Source: Hormiphora californensis
Lineage: Eukaryota > Animalia > Ctenophora
Assembly (NCBI GenBank): GCA_020137815.1
Contig: CM035357.1
Location: 7,440,001 to 7,504,000 of the forward strand
Reading direction: 5' to 3'
Length of the DNA: 64,000 nt
How positions within the stretch are numbered: the stretch's first letter is position 1; the number at the start of each line of letters is the position of its first letter. The notes beneath the pieces are model-generated. The model saw only the letters and a list, made by a program, of their open reading frames with translations, did no database searches and was not told the DNA's origin. Below are positions 1 through 14,200 of the stretch, piece by piece. The position numbers and the translations under genes are program-made.

Positions 1-177
1 ATTGATTAAATCACACTACAACACCGCACACACGGGACAAGTCAAATAATAATAAATTGTTGATTAAGAGATTTCAAAGTGTTCAAACATGGCCTAGTCT
101 GCTGCAGGTAAAACCTTCAAATAAATCACACACGCACTGTCTCTTTCTGCTCACTCACCCAGCATCTCACACCCTCT

Positions 178-1468
178 CTACGCAGCAGTGTAGTTACCAT
201 GCGACCCAGGGCAGTTCTCCTCAGCTGGTTCTTCAAAATCACTCTCCCCCTCGGGGTCATATAATCTGTGGAGTTGTGAAACAAGGAATTTGTAGAACGC
301 TTTGTACCCTCTCCAGTAATAGTGATCGTAACTTGAACCAGGCCTAGAGATGGGGAGATTCAGGTTAAATGAAGGAGTAAAACAATGCCATGTCTCCCGC
401 TCTACGAAGTACGATTTGTTTGTTTTGATCAAACAGTTAGAGAGGGTCGAGCAAGGCAAAGATTTATCACTTTTTAGTTATCTGTTTATGTGTTTATTGG
501 ATATATTATCTGATAGTTCACAACTCACATGCATGTTTTCACTGCTCCAGAATCGTTGATGAGATATTTGCAGAGGGGCTCCGGGTTTTTACACTGTGTC
601 ACCGCAACGTGAATAGGCCGACTTCCCTGAGCTTCCGCTATGTATTTCTCTATTGTAGACCAGCCTGTAAAAACATAAGGATACTGCTAGAAACAGTTAA
701 AAAACCACCGTTGCTTTGTATTTGTAAGGACAGAAACAAGGATAAATTAAGTAGTAGTTAACTCGATTCTACTCTACTCAAAGGAAACATACCCGGATTT
801 TGAGCAGTCTTTGTCCCATTACTGTCCACATTACTTTCCAAACTAATGTCTTTAAATTCAATTGCCAATTTCTCTGTGTCGCTCTCTTTATTCTCTGCTG
901 GTTGTAAGATAAGAATTGTCTGGTACGCATCGAGCAGCACGTAGGAATTCTTAGCTGCTTTCACCGTCAATGGGCTAAGCGGCAGGGAGAGCCTGGGAAA
1001 ATAAAGTTAATTAATAGCTTGCAAGGTGTAAATACCACCTCCTACTGTTGCTGCAGTATCCCCGTGCGGTGCTATACACAATATGTATACATGTACATTA
1101 ACATTTAGCGCGCGGAAATGTACATTTTACGAAATCGCGCGCACAAAGAGTGGATCTGGCAGGGCGGCGCCTTCCAGACAGTCTACTGCCTTCTTTCTCT
1201 CTAGGAGCGGCGAAGAAAAGTAATGCGGCGATGCCCAAATTTGTATCGCCTTTGTTGCTTTTTTTTCATTTTCTCTCAAGAACTTTTTTCTCTTTCTTAC
1301 CCAGGGGTTTGTGACGCATTTTCAAAGCTCATTAAATGTGGGTAGAAGAGAAGGGCGAGATGTTCGGGGTTAGCACCGCTGAAGGGAGGGGAGGGTGTTA
1401 TTTGTGTGTCAATCTTTCATCGCTTGACAGAGAGAGAGGGAGAGAGAGAGAGAGGGGGCGAGAAGAGA

Positions 1469-1535
<67 letters not shown>

Positions 1536-1553
1536 GAGAGAGAGGAGAGAGAG

Positions 1554-1585
<32 letters not shown>

Positions 1586-2410
1586 GGAGAGAGAGAGAGA
1601 GGGAGAGAGAGGAGAGAAATAGAGAGAGGGAGAGAAAGAAGAAGACAAAAAGAACAACATTTCACATGTTTTACTTTTGTTAAAACTTACATGCAGGTAG
1701 ATTGGAATGCCACAAGTTGGTCCAAGGTATAATCCTCCCTACAGCTCATAAAGGGACATGTGAACATCCCATATATGAGAGCTGATAGAATCTGAAGATG
1801 GGGATACACAGAGAAATCGACATCAAATTCGTGGGCATCATATGGTAACGTTTCGTTGTAGTGGGAGATTAGGTAAACATAGGTGTCTAGCACTGAGACT
1901 CGACCCTCGTTAACCCCCCACTTCACACAGGACTCTATACTCTGAAAAGGTAGGGGGATTATTTTGTGAAAATGGGAGAAAGGTTAAGAGGTTACCCCTC
2001 TCACTCCCAAGAAGGGAGTAAAAGAGGGGCAGTTATAAGGTTAAAAGTAGGGAAAATGCATGGTTCATTTTCCAGGAACACGCATATGCAAAGTATTGGA
2101 TTGTGCAACCGGGGCAATATGTTTCCTACAAAATACAATTATAAATATAATATGGGTTGATCGTGTGCACAGATGGCTTTACTCAGGACATGAGAGAGAG
2201 GAAGTAAGGGAATGAGACACCTGTTGTCTTTTGTGTGTGGGGTGACACACATTGCCATCACACTACGAGGTTTCTATTGAACACGAATCGGTTTAGTTAC
2301 TTACCCTGTGTACGAATAGTTTCGTAATAACTTCAGGGTCAGCATTCTCGAACATATTTTCAATATACTCTGCTGTTGGGATTTTGACTGTCTGGATCCT
2401 GAAAAGATGT

Positions 2411-2504
<94 letters not shown>

Positions 2505-4475
2505 AGAGGGATACACAAAGGTTGATAGAAATGGGTTTAGTCAGACAGAAAAGAAATTAATTAGATCCTAACGCACACATCTATCTCTAGAGATCCGAGG
2601 CTACACAACAGAGAGCTTTTTGAATCGAGATAAAATGCTTGCTGTGAGACCCAACAGGATAGGAGAAGGGATACAGAGACTAACAGACCTCTGGGGGGTT
2701 GGAGCAGTACCTGAGTTTTCGTTGTCCAATAGTGTTGGTATATGCGAAGGTGACTTGTACAATAGCTGGCTTGTACTCACTAAAAACGTTTCCCCCTCCA
2801 CGGTTGAATGCAAATTCTGCTGCGTACGACTGTCAGGGAAGTTTTATGGTTAGGTATCCTATCAAAACATGTGATAGGTGCACAAAACAAATCCGCAGAG
2901 AAGGGGACAACAACATCTGTCAAACCGTGGCACATACATGGCCGGGATACATGATGTGTAACAGGGAGTGACAAATGTTAGCACGGGAATGATACAAAAA
3001 AGGGGGACAACTCCGACGTTACCTGGTGTATATCAAGTCCGGCTGCGTGTAAAACATCGTCCCTGTATGTATCAGGTGCACATGGACCTCTCAGCTTTGT
3101 AACCTGTTGAGAGTTCATTAGATACTTCTAGAACAAAAATAAATATCTAACATCATAAATCATAATATTAATAAACTGTCGAACTATTTATAAATTTAAA
3201 ACATTACCTTAAATGGTTGGGAAGTTCTAATTCTTAGCATCGCCCGACCATTACCGTACATAACTGCTAACTTCGCACTGAAAAATAATGGACTGTGTAG
3301 AACCAATGTTACAGTCAAACCTCTATTTACCGTGCAAAACTCTCCGATGAGCGAGGTATGTGACTGACGACAGTAGATAATATAATTATGTGCAGTTTAA
3401 TGGTTAAACTCCTAGAACTTAGAAGCTGTCACTGAGTAATGAAGAATAATGAAGCCCTTTAATAGAACTCAGACAATCTTTCCCTCTTGCCATTTAAAAG
3501 AACTTCTAATATATAACATGAAAATATGAATAGTGCTTCTAATATATATTGATTCTAATATATTCATTGTCATCTAGCAGTCTAATAGTGCTTCTAATCT
3601 TGTCAGGTATACCAACTAACCAATCTTCAGGTAGGGTACAATCCACAGCAGACTGATAGTGTATCAGCCGACCACCAGTTAACTCTGCAAGACTCCTCAT
3701 ACTGGCCAGGTCACACCATTCCTCACTGACCACAAATAGGTCTATAGCTACACCAAGTGTAGAGGCAGTGAGGGCCAAGTCCCGGTAAAATGAAGACTGG
3801 GGAGCAAATACCTTCTTGTGTACACCCTCGTTGTAAATATCTTTTGTCCTGAAGGGAGGTTGGTGGTAGAGGGAGACAGAAGGGAAGTTGACCATCGATG
3901 GGGAAGAGAGGGAAGGAAGAAAGTAGGGGAAGAGTGAGAGAGAGAAACAAATAGTATGTACTTGACTTGTAAATGAATACCTTGACAATATTTTATACTA
4001 AATACCTTACTATGAATGAATATTATAATGAAACAAGAGAGATAAGTGGATTTTACTAGGGAGAGAGATATAAAGAGGGTTATTTTTGACAGCTAAATAG
4101 TTCTCTCATGCAATTCCCACCAGTTTTATATTGACTGCTGTGACAGGTTAGAAAGAATAGTAGATATCTCTAAGAGAACCATTAAATCTCGTATCCAATA
4201 TTAAAGAGAACGTGAGGAAGTGAGGAAACGGGAGAGAGAACATTGAATGTGCCTGAGGCGAGGCAGTGTATTACATAGAATGAGCCCTTAAGGCCCCCCC
4301 CCCTAAGTGTAGTGTATACTGTGGTACATAGTAGTAGTCCCTAATTGGATGAGTGTGTATATTTGACTTAATTGACAAAGTAACTTTACAGAAAGGAGAG
4401 AGAGGGAGAGAGAGGGAGAGAGAGGGAGAGAGAGAGACTAGAGAGGGAGAGAGAGGGAGAGAGATGGAGACAGAG

Positions 4476-4529
<54 letters not shown>

Positions 4530-4568
4530 GGAGAGAGAGGGAGAGAGAGGGAGACAGAGGGATAGAGA

Positions 4569-4601
<33 letters not shown>

Positions 4602-4645
4602 GGAGACAGAGGGATAGAGAGAGAGGGAGACAGAGGGAGACAGAG

Positions 4646-4692
<47 letters not shown>

Positions 4693-5168
4693 GGGAGAGA
4701 GAGAACTCTCTCTCCCTCTCTCACTCTCGCTATCGTCGATATGATGATAGGAGCCAGCCGGGGTGTTATCTTTATATACAACGTGTATATTGATTTTATC
4801 CTATTTCTTATCATCCTCTCTTCCTCCAATCCCCAACCTCGTCCCCTACCTCCCCCTTCCCCTCTTCCTAGTCCTAACCCGGTGTCTGATACCCTCCCCT
4901 CTACTCAAACCAAGACGACAGACGCATTGGCAAGACGGCACTCCAGTGGGCCCCAACGGCACTCCATCTGGGCCCAAATGACATTACCCATGACAAGCAG
5001 TGGGCTCCCCCTTACACTTTGGTACATATTCGGATTCCTGATTGAATACTACCGAAGTGTCTGTAAGGTGTGGCGGTCCGGGTGATGTTGACCATGCCGG
5101 GAGCATGTGTCTCGGTTGTCAGGTGCAATTCACCTGGTTTCCATTTTGGCAAACCTCAGCTTAGTATC

Positions 5169-5211
<43 letters not shown>

Positions 5212-8200
5212 AGAGAGAGAGAGGGATAAAGAGAGAGAGAAAAGAGAGTATGTGTGTCTTACTTGAACAGTCCTTGTCTGTATGTATTTTGTCTCCTCTG
5301 GTTGAGTGTTTCCAACCCAAATGTACAGGGTCCACTGAGAAATACACACAATCGAGCTGCAGGGGGAAGAAGTTGTTTATTTGCTGATTAATTGGTTAAT
5401 TGTTAAGTTACTAATTAATATACTGCTAATTGCCTACTAATTGACAATCGCTACCCACCTAATACTACTACTGTACCCACCTCGGAAATAAGTGTGACCC
5501 TGGTACGTCCCAAAGAAGTCCACCAAACTCTGTACAGTGGTAGCTAAACACCTGTTACCACCCTGTAGTGCTACTGATGATATGTTCTCTATCGCCGCGT
5601 TTATACTTTCCCTCATATCGCCCACCTGGAGGGGGGGGGGGGTATATGCTGTCGAGGGGGGGGGGGGGGGGTTCTGTGTGTTACATGTTGTCGGGGCAGG
5701 TGTTAGTGTGTCTGTGTGTGTGTTGAAACACAAGTAGTATTAATTGGACCACTGGGATTGTTATGCCAATAGCCCAGAGAGAATTTTAACACAATTCAAT
5801 TGAAAATAACAAAAAAACGGTTATGATTCGATAGAATACATTCGTAAATTAAAAATCATCCTTCCTCTTCCGTCTACCTACCCTAACAAAAGTGTCATCT
5901 CCCCCATCCCCCTACCTACCCTAACAAAAGTGTCATCTCCCCCATCCCCCTACCTACCCTAACAAAAGTGTCATCTCCCCATCCCCCTACCTACCCTAAC
6001 AAAAGTGTCATCTCCCCATCCCCCTACCTACCCTAACAAAAGTGTCATCTCCCCATCCCCCTACCTACCCTAACAAAAGTGTCATCTCCCCATCCCCCTA
6101 CCTACCCTAACAAAAGTGTCATCTCCCCATCCCCCTACCTACCCTAACAAAAGTGTCATCTCCCCATCCCCCTACCTACCCTAACAAAAGTGTCATCTCC
6201 CCATCCCCCTACCTACCCTAACAAAAGTGTCATCTCCCCATCCCCCTACCTACCCTAACAAAAGTGTCATCTCCCCCATCCCCCTACCTACCCTAACAAA
6301 AGTGTCATCTCCCCATCCCCCTACCTACCCTAACAAAAGTGTCATCTCCCCATCCCCCTACCTACCCTAACAAAAGTGTCATCTCCCCATCCCCCTACCT
6401 ACCGGACCCTAACAAAAGTGTCATCTCCCCATCCCCCTACCTACCCTAACAAAAGTGTCATCTCCCCATCCCCCTTCCTACCCTAACAAAAGTGTCATCT
6501 CCCCATCCCCCTACCTACCCTAACAAAAGTGTCATCATGTTGCGTCATCTCCTCTAAGTTGATAGGACAGGAACCACTGTTAATCCGAACATGTCTTACA
6601 TGGGGCTTCCCACAGTACAGGTTGTACACACCGATACGATCATCAAATACCACCAGTCCAAACAGTGAATCTGAAGAGGAGAGAGAAAGTAAGAGAGAGT
6701 GGGAGAGAGAGAGGGCCGAAAGATATTTATTTCTTCGTGTGTTTAAAATGGATATATGGCAGCTCAATTCTGAGCAAAAAAAAGATCTATATTAGGAAAG
6801 AGGGGTAAACTGATATGAGATTGAAAGAAACTTCTAGAAGAATAGAATTCTGTTATCAAAATTCACAAACATTCAACGAAACACGTATGTGTATAATATG
6901 TCAGACTATTTAAAGACATACTGACATATATCATACTCAAGGACATGATCTAAGTAGCCTTTATAGAAATCTACTAAAATATCCCATGTAAAGGATTTCT
7001 ATTGTTTTGAAACCATGATCACTTTAACACTACTATCTATTTTATATTCTTCTACACAAACACACATACGAAACTTTAGAGCACGGGAGTTCTCGGAAGA
7101 CTCAGCGACCCTTCCGCCCTACAAAATTCCGACCCCACCACCGCGTTATGAAGATATCATCAGGAAAGTTGAGGAGATAGAGAGGGCGTGTGATGGTGAT
7201 GCCGCGGGATCGAGCGGTGCTTCTACCACTCTACCGGTTATTGAGGAGCAACGTGAGGAGGGACGGAATCAGGTGGTTGCTAGAGGGCAGGGGGAAATGG
7301 TTGCTAGGGAGGAACAAAGAGTTGCTAGGGAGCAACAAGAGGAACAAAGAGTTGCTAGGGAACAAGAGGAAACAGAAACACATCGAAAACATGGGTTAGG
7401 GACAGTTGCTAAGCAACAATTTTATCAGGATGATGTTGCTGGCTCCGGAAGCCAAGAAGAAGAAGGGGTTGCCCACCAAACCGAAGAGGGATCATTTGAG
7501 GATGAAGTGAATAACAGTGAAGAATTAGGACAGGATGAAATAGTGAATTACAGTGAAGGTGAGGAGGAATTAGGACATATTTCCGCGGTGAGAGAAACTC
7601 GCTTATCTGCATCTACTACTGTAACCGTGTAACATATATGATCTATGCGACCTGATAGATAATACGTATTGATACATGATCTAAGTAACTTGATATGGTG
7701 ATCAGGATGACACTTTTTAACGTGCCCCTTGTAACAAATGTATAAATTCATTTTAACAAATACGAAATAACGGTGGTTTATTGGTCTATGCAATTGATCG
7801 GGGTCCGACTGCAGTAAACAATCATACTACTTACTAAGCAAATTGTGTGACACATGTCACCTAGCAACTACACTTGCACGTGCAATTATTAGAGCAACTT
7901 AGAAACCTCACTCCCAGTTGCAGTTTTGGGTACCAAGGGCCAATTCAATTCTGCACGTGCATTCTTGGGGGGGGTCCAGCCCTAAAAAAAGCTAAGCTAA
8001 CGGCCAAAATCAGGGTACCTTTAGCTTTTTTTAGCTTTTTTTAGCTTTTTTTAGCTTTTTTTAGCCTTTTTTAGCTTTTTTTAGCTTTTTTTAGCTTTAT
8101 TTAGCTTTTTTTAGCTTTTTTAAGGCTAAAAAAAGCTAAAAAAAGCTAAAAAAAGCTAAAATTGAGTTTTTAGTGGATTCATATAGGTTCGAATCCCGCT

Positions 8201-11200
8201 GACACCAAATTTTTTAAACTTTTATTATAACGTTTTATAACGTTTTTTGAACTTTTTTAAAACTATTTTTATCAAATTTGAATAATATTTTTATCGAAAA
8301 AATGTCTCCAGAAAATGGCAGTAGGGGTGGATACAGAAATTGCTATGTATGGACATAAACGGTAGATTATGGTAAAAAATGTGCAGGAAATGAACAAATG
8401 CAGTCAATAGACGTCCGGAAGGATGAAAATTTAATGGAAAAGTGTCAAGATGAATGCTGAAAAAACCTAAAAAGTAGGGCTAAAAAAAGCTAAAAAAAGC
8501 TAAAAAAAGCTAAAAAAAGCTAAAATAAAAAACGCTATCGACCAAAATCAGGGTACCTTTAGCTTTTTTTAGGGCTGGACCCCCCCCATTCTTTTACTTC
8601 TGTCCTGATGTCTAGCTCTTCCACCCCAAGCGCTATTCGGCAACAGTCATCTGGGTCCGGAAGATCTGCTGCTGTCAGAGAGCAGGCTAGAGAATATGAC
8701 AGATTACGCCAACGTGTTCAAGCGAGCCAATCAACGGACAACGACTACGGATAGCTTTACCCAACGTCGCCCAAGGGTGATCACTCCAGTCGAACACAGA
8801 AATCTCCGAATCGGCTACATAGCGGCGAAGTTTTCACGTGATGAGTTTCTGGAACAGCACTGCACCTCCATGACATTGATCTCTTAAATTCGCACCTTGA
8901 CATTGTCAGGAAGCCCAGAGCGTACAGTACAACATGGGTAGGGAAAAAGTGAGAGATAGGCTAGGAACGGATGGTGCATGTGATGTCAGCGTTCCCTAAT
9001 CCAGCTACCATTTCCCCGAAATTCGCCCGTAGGGCGAACGGGCCTACTAGTAGTCACTATATCCGTTTAGATTTCTATGCCTTTTTGCAAAAGGCATCCG
9101 GGTGAAGGCCTTCGGCCTTCACCCAGGCGGGGAAAAAAATCAGCTAATATTAGGAGTACACATCTAATTGTGTACATTTATTTCTTCGATCTCAAACTGC
9201 TTTCATCGTCTGTACAGGTAGGCTTTGTTAGTGTGATTCGGGGGATGTGACTCAATAACACGTGGTCTCTTCATTGTACAGGCATGGTCCTATTTCTCTA
9301 GAATATATATAGTCCTCTACGCACTACTCATGCTGTTCTTCGGATAAACTGAAATAGTTTACAACTATTAGTTGTAGGTGACATGTATAATATGCATTGC
9401 ACATAATCACGTGATAAACCATATGCAGGACAGCATGCATGTTGTCGATATGTAGCATGTCTTTGCTAAGTTCCCTCTCCCTGACACTGTTTTACAGAAT
9501 CTGTAAATATCTGACATTAATTAATAACTGTTTTATATCTTTCAAAGATCAGGGCATTACGCGAGTTGTCATGACACGTTATTTTGTGATACTGCCGTAC
9601 AGTGGATGTGTATTCAGTCGACTCTTCAACATCTTCCTCTTATTCTCCGTCCTGTTTCTCTGGTACTTGACCATAACAAACCACTGGTATTTTGTGGATA
9701 GACCTTCTCTCGATGAAGATAGTGCAGGTCCACAACCCAGGGATATTTTCCAGGGAATCGATAGCGTTCCTTCTGATCGTGTGAAAATGAACAAATTCCA
9801 GCCACCTGCAGTCCGCCCAATTGGGTTCAAAATGAAGAGTGAGGATGAGAATACAGTATCTCCTGGTTACCATGGTAACCGACAACATGTACCTGTACAA
9901 GAAGGTCCAGTATCTCCAGAGGAATTGAACCATGATGTAGACACTAACCCACCGCAAGATATTATAGAGTTATTTCCGACGGAGCAATTAGAGGATATAC
10001 TGACACGGTTTGAGAAGCGAAACAAAAGGATAAAGGATCTTTGTGAGATTGAGGGGAATCCAGACTTTGAGACGAGTAGCATGTACTATTTCCCGAATCT
10101 TAGAGCCACTTGGATGCCCTTATTTGGGGCGACTACTTCCATGTGGAAAAAGTTCTTTATAGATCAGTATAACGTGAAGCGAAGATCTGACCCTGATCAG
10201 TACAACCTTGGTCAGTTAAGCAGGTTCTTGCTACAAAGATACAGATCGTCTAGGAGATGGTCGGGCAAGAAAACACGTCGAATGCGAAGAGAACCTGATG
10301 ATTCTCTAAGGTTTACAATTATCAGACATCCCCTATCCAGGCTAATTGCTCACTTCAAGAAACCCCAATTGGACCGTGGTGAGTTGTCAGCCCTAAAGGA
10401 CCAGTGGGTTCGTCCTTCCATCATTTTGGGCCGAACTGATCCCAGCTGGACTGATGAACAGAGAACAAAGTTTGAAGGCGAATTGGATCTATGGATTGAT
10501 GGAAAATTAACTCCGGAACAATCCCCTAACAACCCCCTACTCGCGGCACCCAGTTTCCCTGAGTTTGTCTGGTTTATTATTGATAGATCCGAAGATGGAG
10601 ACGATAGGGCGTATAACGTACACTGGCGGCCCATATCAGAATGGCTGGACATCTGTCAAAATGATATTGACATTATTGTTAAACTTGAAAACTCCAAATC
10701 AGAGATTCCAGTGTTACTAGATGAAATCAATCTATCTGATCATGAGGATTACTTTCTAGATAGTCAAGATGATATTAATGTAGAGGACTACATGGGTCAA
10801 CTCAGTCGAGAGGATCAGGAGGATATTAACGGGTTTTATAAGATGGATTATAAATTGTTAGGGTATCAACCGATATTAGTTGAAACTGATCCTGAACTGT
10901 GAGATTGTTTGTAACCAAGGAATTTATTCAAGATAAGCTGTACTGTATACTGGTGTTCTGTAGAAATAAAACACGGAGAGTTAAGCAAACATATGTTTCA
11001 CAGAATGTAACATTCCGCTCATTCTTCATTCCCATGAGCTGGTGTTCTATGTATAATGAGGGTATGTTGATTGTTTTACAAAATGTTATTGTAAACGCCC
11101 TAATGAACAGATCTGTATTATTTTTGTAAATTTTTTCCCTGCCCGGGTGAATGCCTTCGGCATTCACCCGGATGCCTTTTTACTTTGTAAAAAGGCATAG

Positions 11201-14200
11201 CAGGGTTAGAATTCGAAAACGACATTTTGGTATACTAACTAATCGGTAGAGGGACCATTTTGGTCACACTTTAGTTGCGAGGGGCAACGGTGTAGCAACA
11301 AGAGCCGCGCACACAGTTACGAGCTGCTCCTTCATAAACCACTTCATTGGCACGTTTTCAGGAAATGTGTGGCGCGCAATGTGGCGGCGTGGCGCGCAAT
11401 TTAGTGCTACTAAAACACAAGGATTTGCTCTATACTGTTTGTGTGATATATAAATGATCGGGATTTTGTGTCCCGCTTGCTGCTACAGCGGATCTGGTCA
11501 TGATTTCCTTTCTTCATAGATTCACATGGCAGGGAAATTCAGCATTATGTTAGAACATAATGCAATTAATCTTGTTTTGATATTTTGTGATTCAGCAAAG
11601 TGATTCGAAAAAGTATCGTGTCTTTACTAGTGTTTACTATTACAATTATTATACTACATGTTTACTAAACATGTACAGTCGGACCCCGATTTACCGGAAC
11701 CCCGATTTACCAGGAGGATAAATTTCCCCCGATCTAGGAAATTAACGGTATTTGACTTGTTATACAGCTCACCTTTCTCGTTTCACGAGCGATTTTGGGC
11801 TTGCCCTCGAACCCACGAACCACCTCATGGTATTATACCAGCGACTAAACCATAGTTTACATTTAACCTCTATTAAGTCCTCTCTTCTTCTCGCACAGTA
11901 AGAGAACAAAACAGCAACTATTTTATCTCTATATCTCTCAATTTCCCGCAAAATTTCTCTCTCACTCGCATGAGATTAACTCTCTCTCTCTCTCCCATTC
12001 TATAATAGTTCAAGATTCGTTCTCTCTCTCTCCCCCCACTACGCGATATCGATCACGCACTAATTAACAATTCCATTTTCCTTCCTACCTCAGTTGTATA
12101 GCAAGACATTTTGTTTTGTTATACAGCTCACCTTTCTCGTTTCACGAGCGATTTTGGGCTTGCCCTCGAACCCACGAACCACCTCATGGTATTATACCAG
12201 CGACTAAACCATAGTTTACATTTAACCTCTATTAAGTCCTCTCTTCTTCTCGCACAGTAAGAGAACAAAACAGCAACTATTTTATCTCTATATCTCTCAA
12301 TTTCCCGCAAAATTTCTCTCTCACTCGCATGAGATTAACTCTCTCTCTCTCTCCCATTCTATAATAGTTCAAGATTCGTTCTCTCTCTCTCCCCCCACTA
12401 CGCGATATCGATCACGCACTAATTAACAATTCCATTTTCCTTCCTACCTCAGTTGTATAGCAAGACATTTTGTTTTGTTATACAGCTCACCTTTCTCGTT
12501 TCACGAGCGATTTTGGGCTTGCCCTCGAACCCACGAACCACCTCATGGTATTATACCAGCGACTAAACCATAGTTTACATTTAACCTCTATTAAGTCCTC
12601 TCTTCTTCTCGCACAGTAAGAGAACAAAACAGCAACTATTTTATCTCTATATCTCTCAATTTCCCGCAAAATTTCTCTCTCACTCGCATGAGATTAACTC
12701 TCTCTCTCTCTCCCATTCTATAATAGTTCAAGATTCGTTCTCTCTCTCTCCCCCCACTACGCGATATCGATCACGCACTAATTAACAATTCCATTTTCCT
12801 TCCTACCTCAGTTGTATAGCAAGACATTTTGTTTTGTTATACAGCTCACCTTTCTCGTTTCACGAGCGATTTTGGGCTTGCCCTCGAACCCACGAACCAC
12901 CTCATGGTATTATACCAGCGACTAAACCATAGTTTACATTTAACCTCTATTAAGTCCTCTCTTCTTCTCGCACAGTAAGAGAACAAAACAGCAACTATTT
13001 TATCTCTATATCTCTCAATTTCCCGCAAAATTTCTCTCTCACTCGCATGAGATTAACTCTCTCTCTCTCTCCCATTCTATAATAGTTCAAGATTCGTTCT
13101 CTCTCTCTCCCCCCACTACGCGATACCCTCCACCCGCCCCGAACCGCCCCGCCCACCACCAATATATACATACTAAACAAAACTGTTGACTGAGAACAAA
13201 TCCTTGCTAGTTCAGCCTTCTAACCTAATCGGACTTAATTGATCCTAATCAGACAGATAGGTCTCACATTACACATATAATATATACCGCAGTAGCCATC
13301 AAGCTAATCGAGAAAGCAAATAAACTCAAGAACCAAGAGAAAGATTAGAAGAACTCATCCCCACCTGTCGCAGGGATAGAGTCAAAGACCCAAGACTCAT
13401 AGAGAAGAAGAATCAATATCCTGCGACTCTCGAAGGAGTTTACCCTCCCGAACCCGAAGCCACCTATAATGGAACCTGTCCTGTGGGCAGTTCCTGATGG
13501 TGGGGGAGGGGAGGGGGGCTATTCTCCTAGTGCCGGCGATATCGCTTTGCGATAGTCCCCTGTGGGCTTGCCGTTGGCAAGCCCAGGCACTCCGTAGATA
13601 GATAGATAGATAGGGTATGTTGATTGTTTTACAAAATGTTATTGTAAACGCCCTAATGTACAGATCTGTATTATTTTTGTAAATTTTTTTGATATTTTGT
13701 GATTCAGCAAAGTGATTCGAAAAAGTATCGTGTCTTTACTAGTGTTTACTATTACATAGGAACCGGCGATAATATCGAATCGAATCGAAAGATCGAGAGA
13801 TCGGATCGAATCGAATCGAATCGAGTAGTTTTTTGAGTCCAAAGATCGAATCGAGATCGAATCGAGATTTTTTGATCCCCCAAAGATCGAATCGAGATCG
13901 AATCGAGATTTTTTTGAACCCTCAAAGATCGAATCGAATCGAATCGAAATTTTTTGAACGCTCAAAGATCGAATCGAGATCGAATCGAAAGTTTCTGAAC
14001 CCTAAAAGATCGAATCGAGATCGAATCGAAAGTTTTTTATCACCCAAAGATCGAATCGAGATCGAATCGATATTTTTTGAATCCCGAAAAATCGAATCGA
14101 GATCGAATCGATATTTTTTGATCCCCCAAAGATCGAATCGGGATCGAGAAGAAAATATCAAGAATCTTCGGTTCCTAGCCAGTAGAAACCGGCGATATTA

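Noticed and set aside
8170-8210. tRNA gene
   Set aside because: Only a T-arm-like piece; no D-arm or anticodon arm.
9439-9570. Longer N-terminus for the sulfotransferase
   Set aside because: AT-rich, intron-like sequence with acceptors; ATG 9571 gives a typical short cytoplasmic tail before the TM.
9076-11200. Inverted double-hairpin pair around the sulfotransferase as TIRs of a gene-capturing transposon
   Set aside because: The empty site at ~13683 shows the right hairpin is the end of a separate element extending away from the gene; no TSD brackets the pair.
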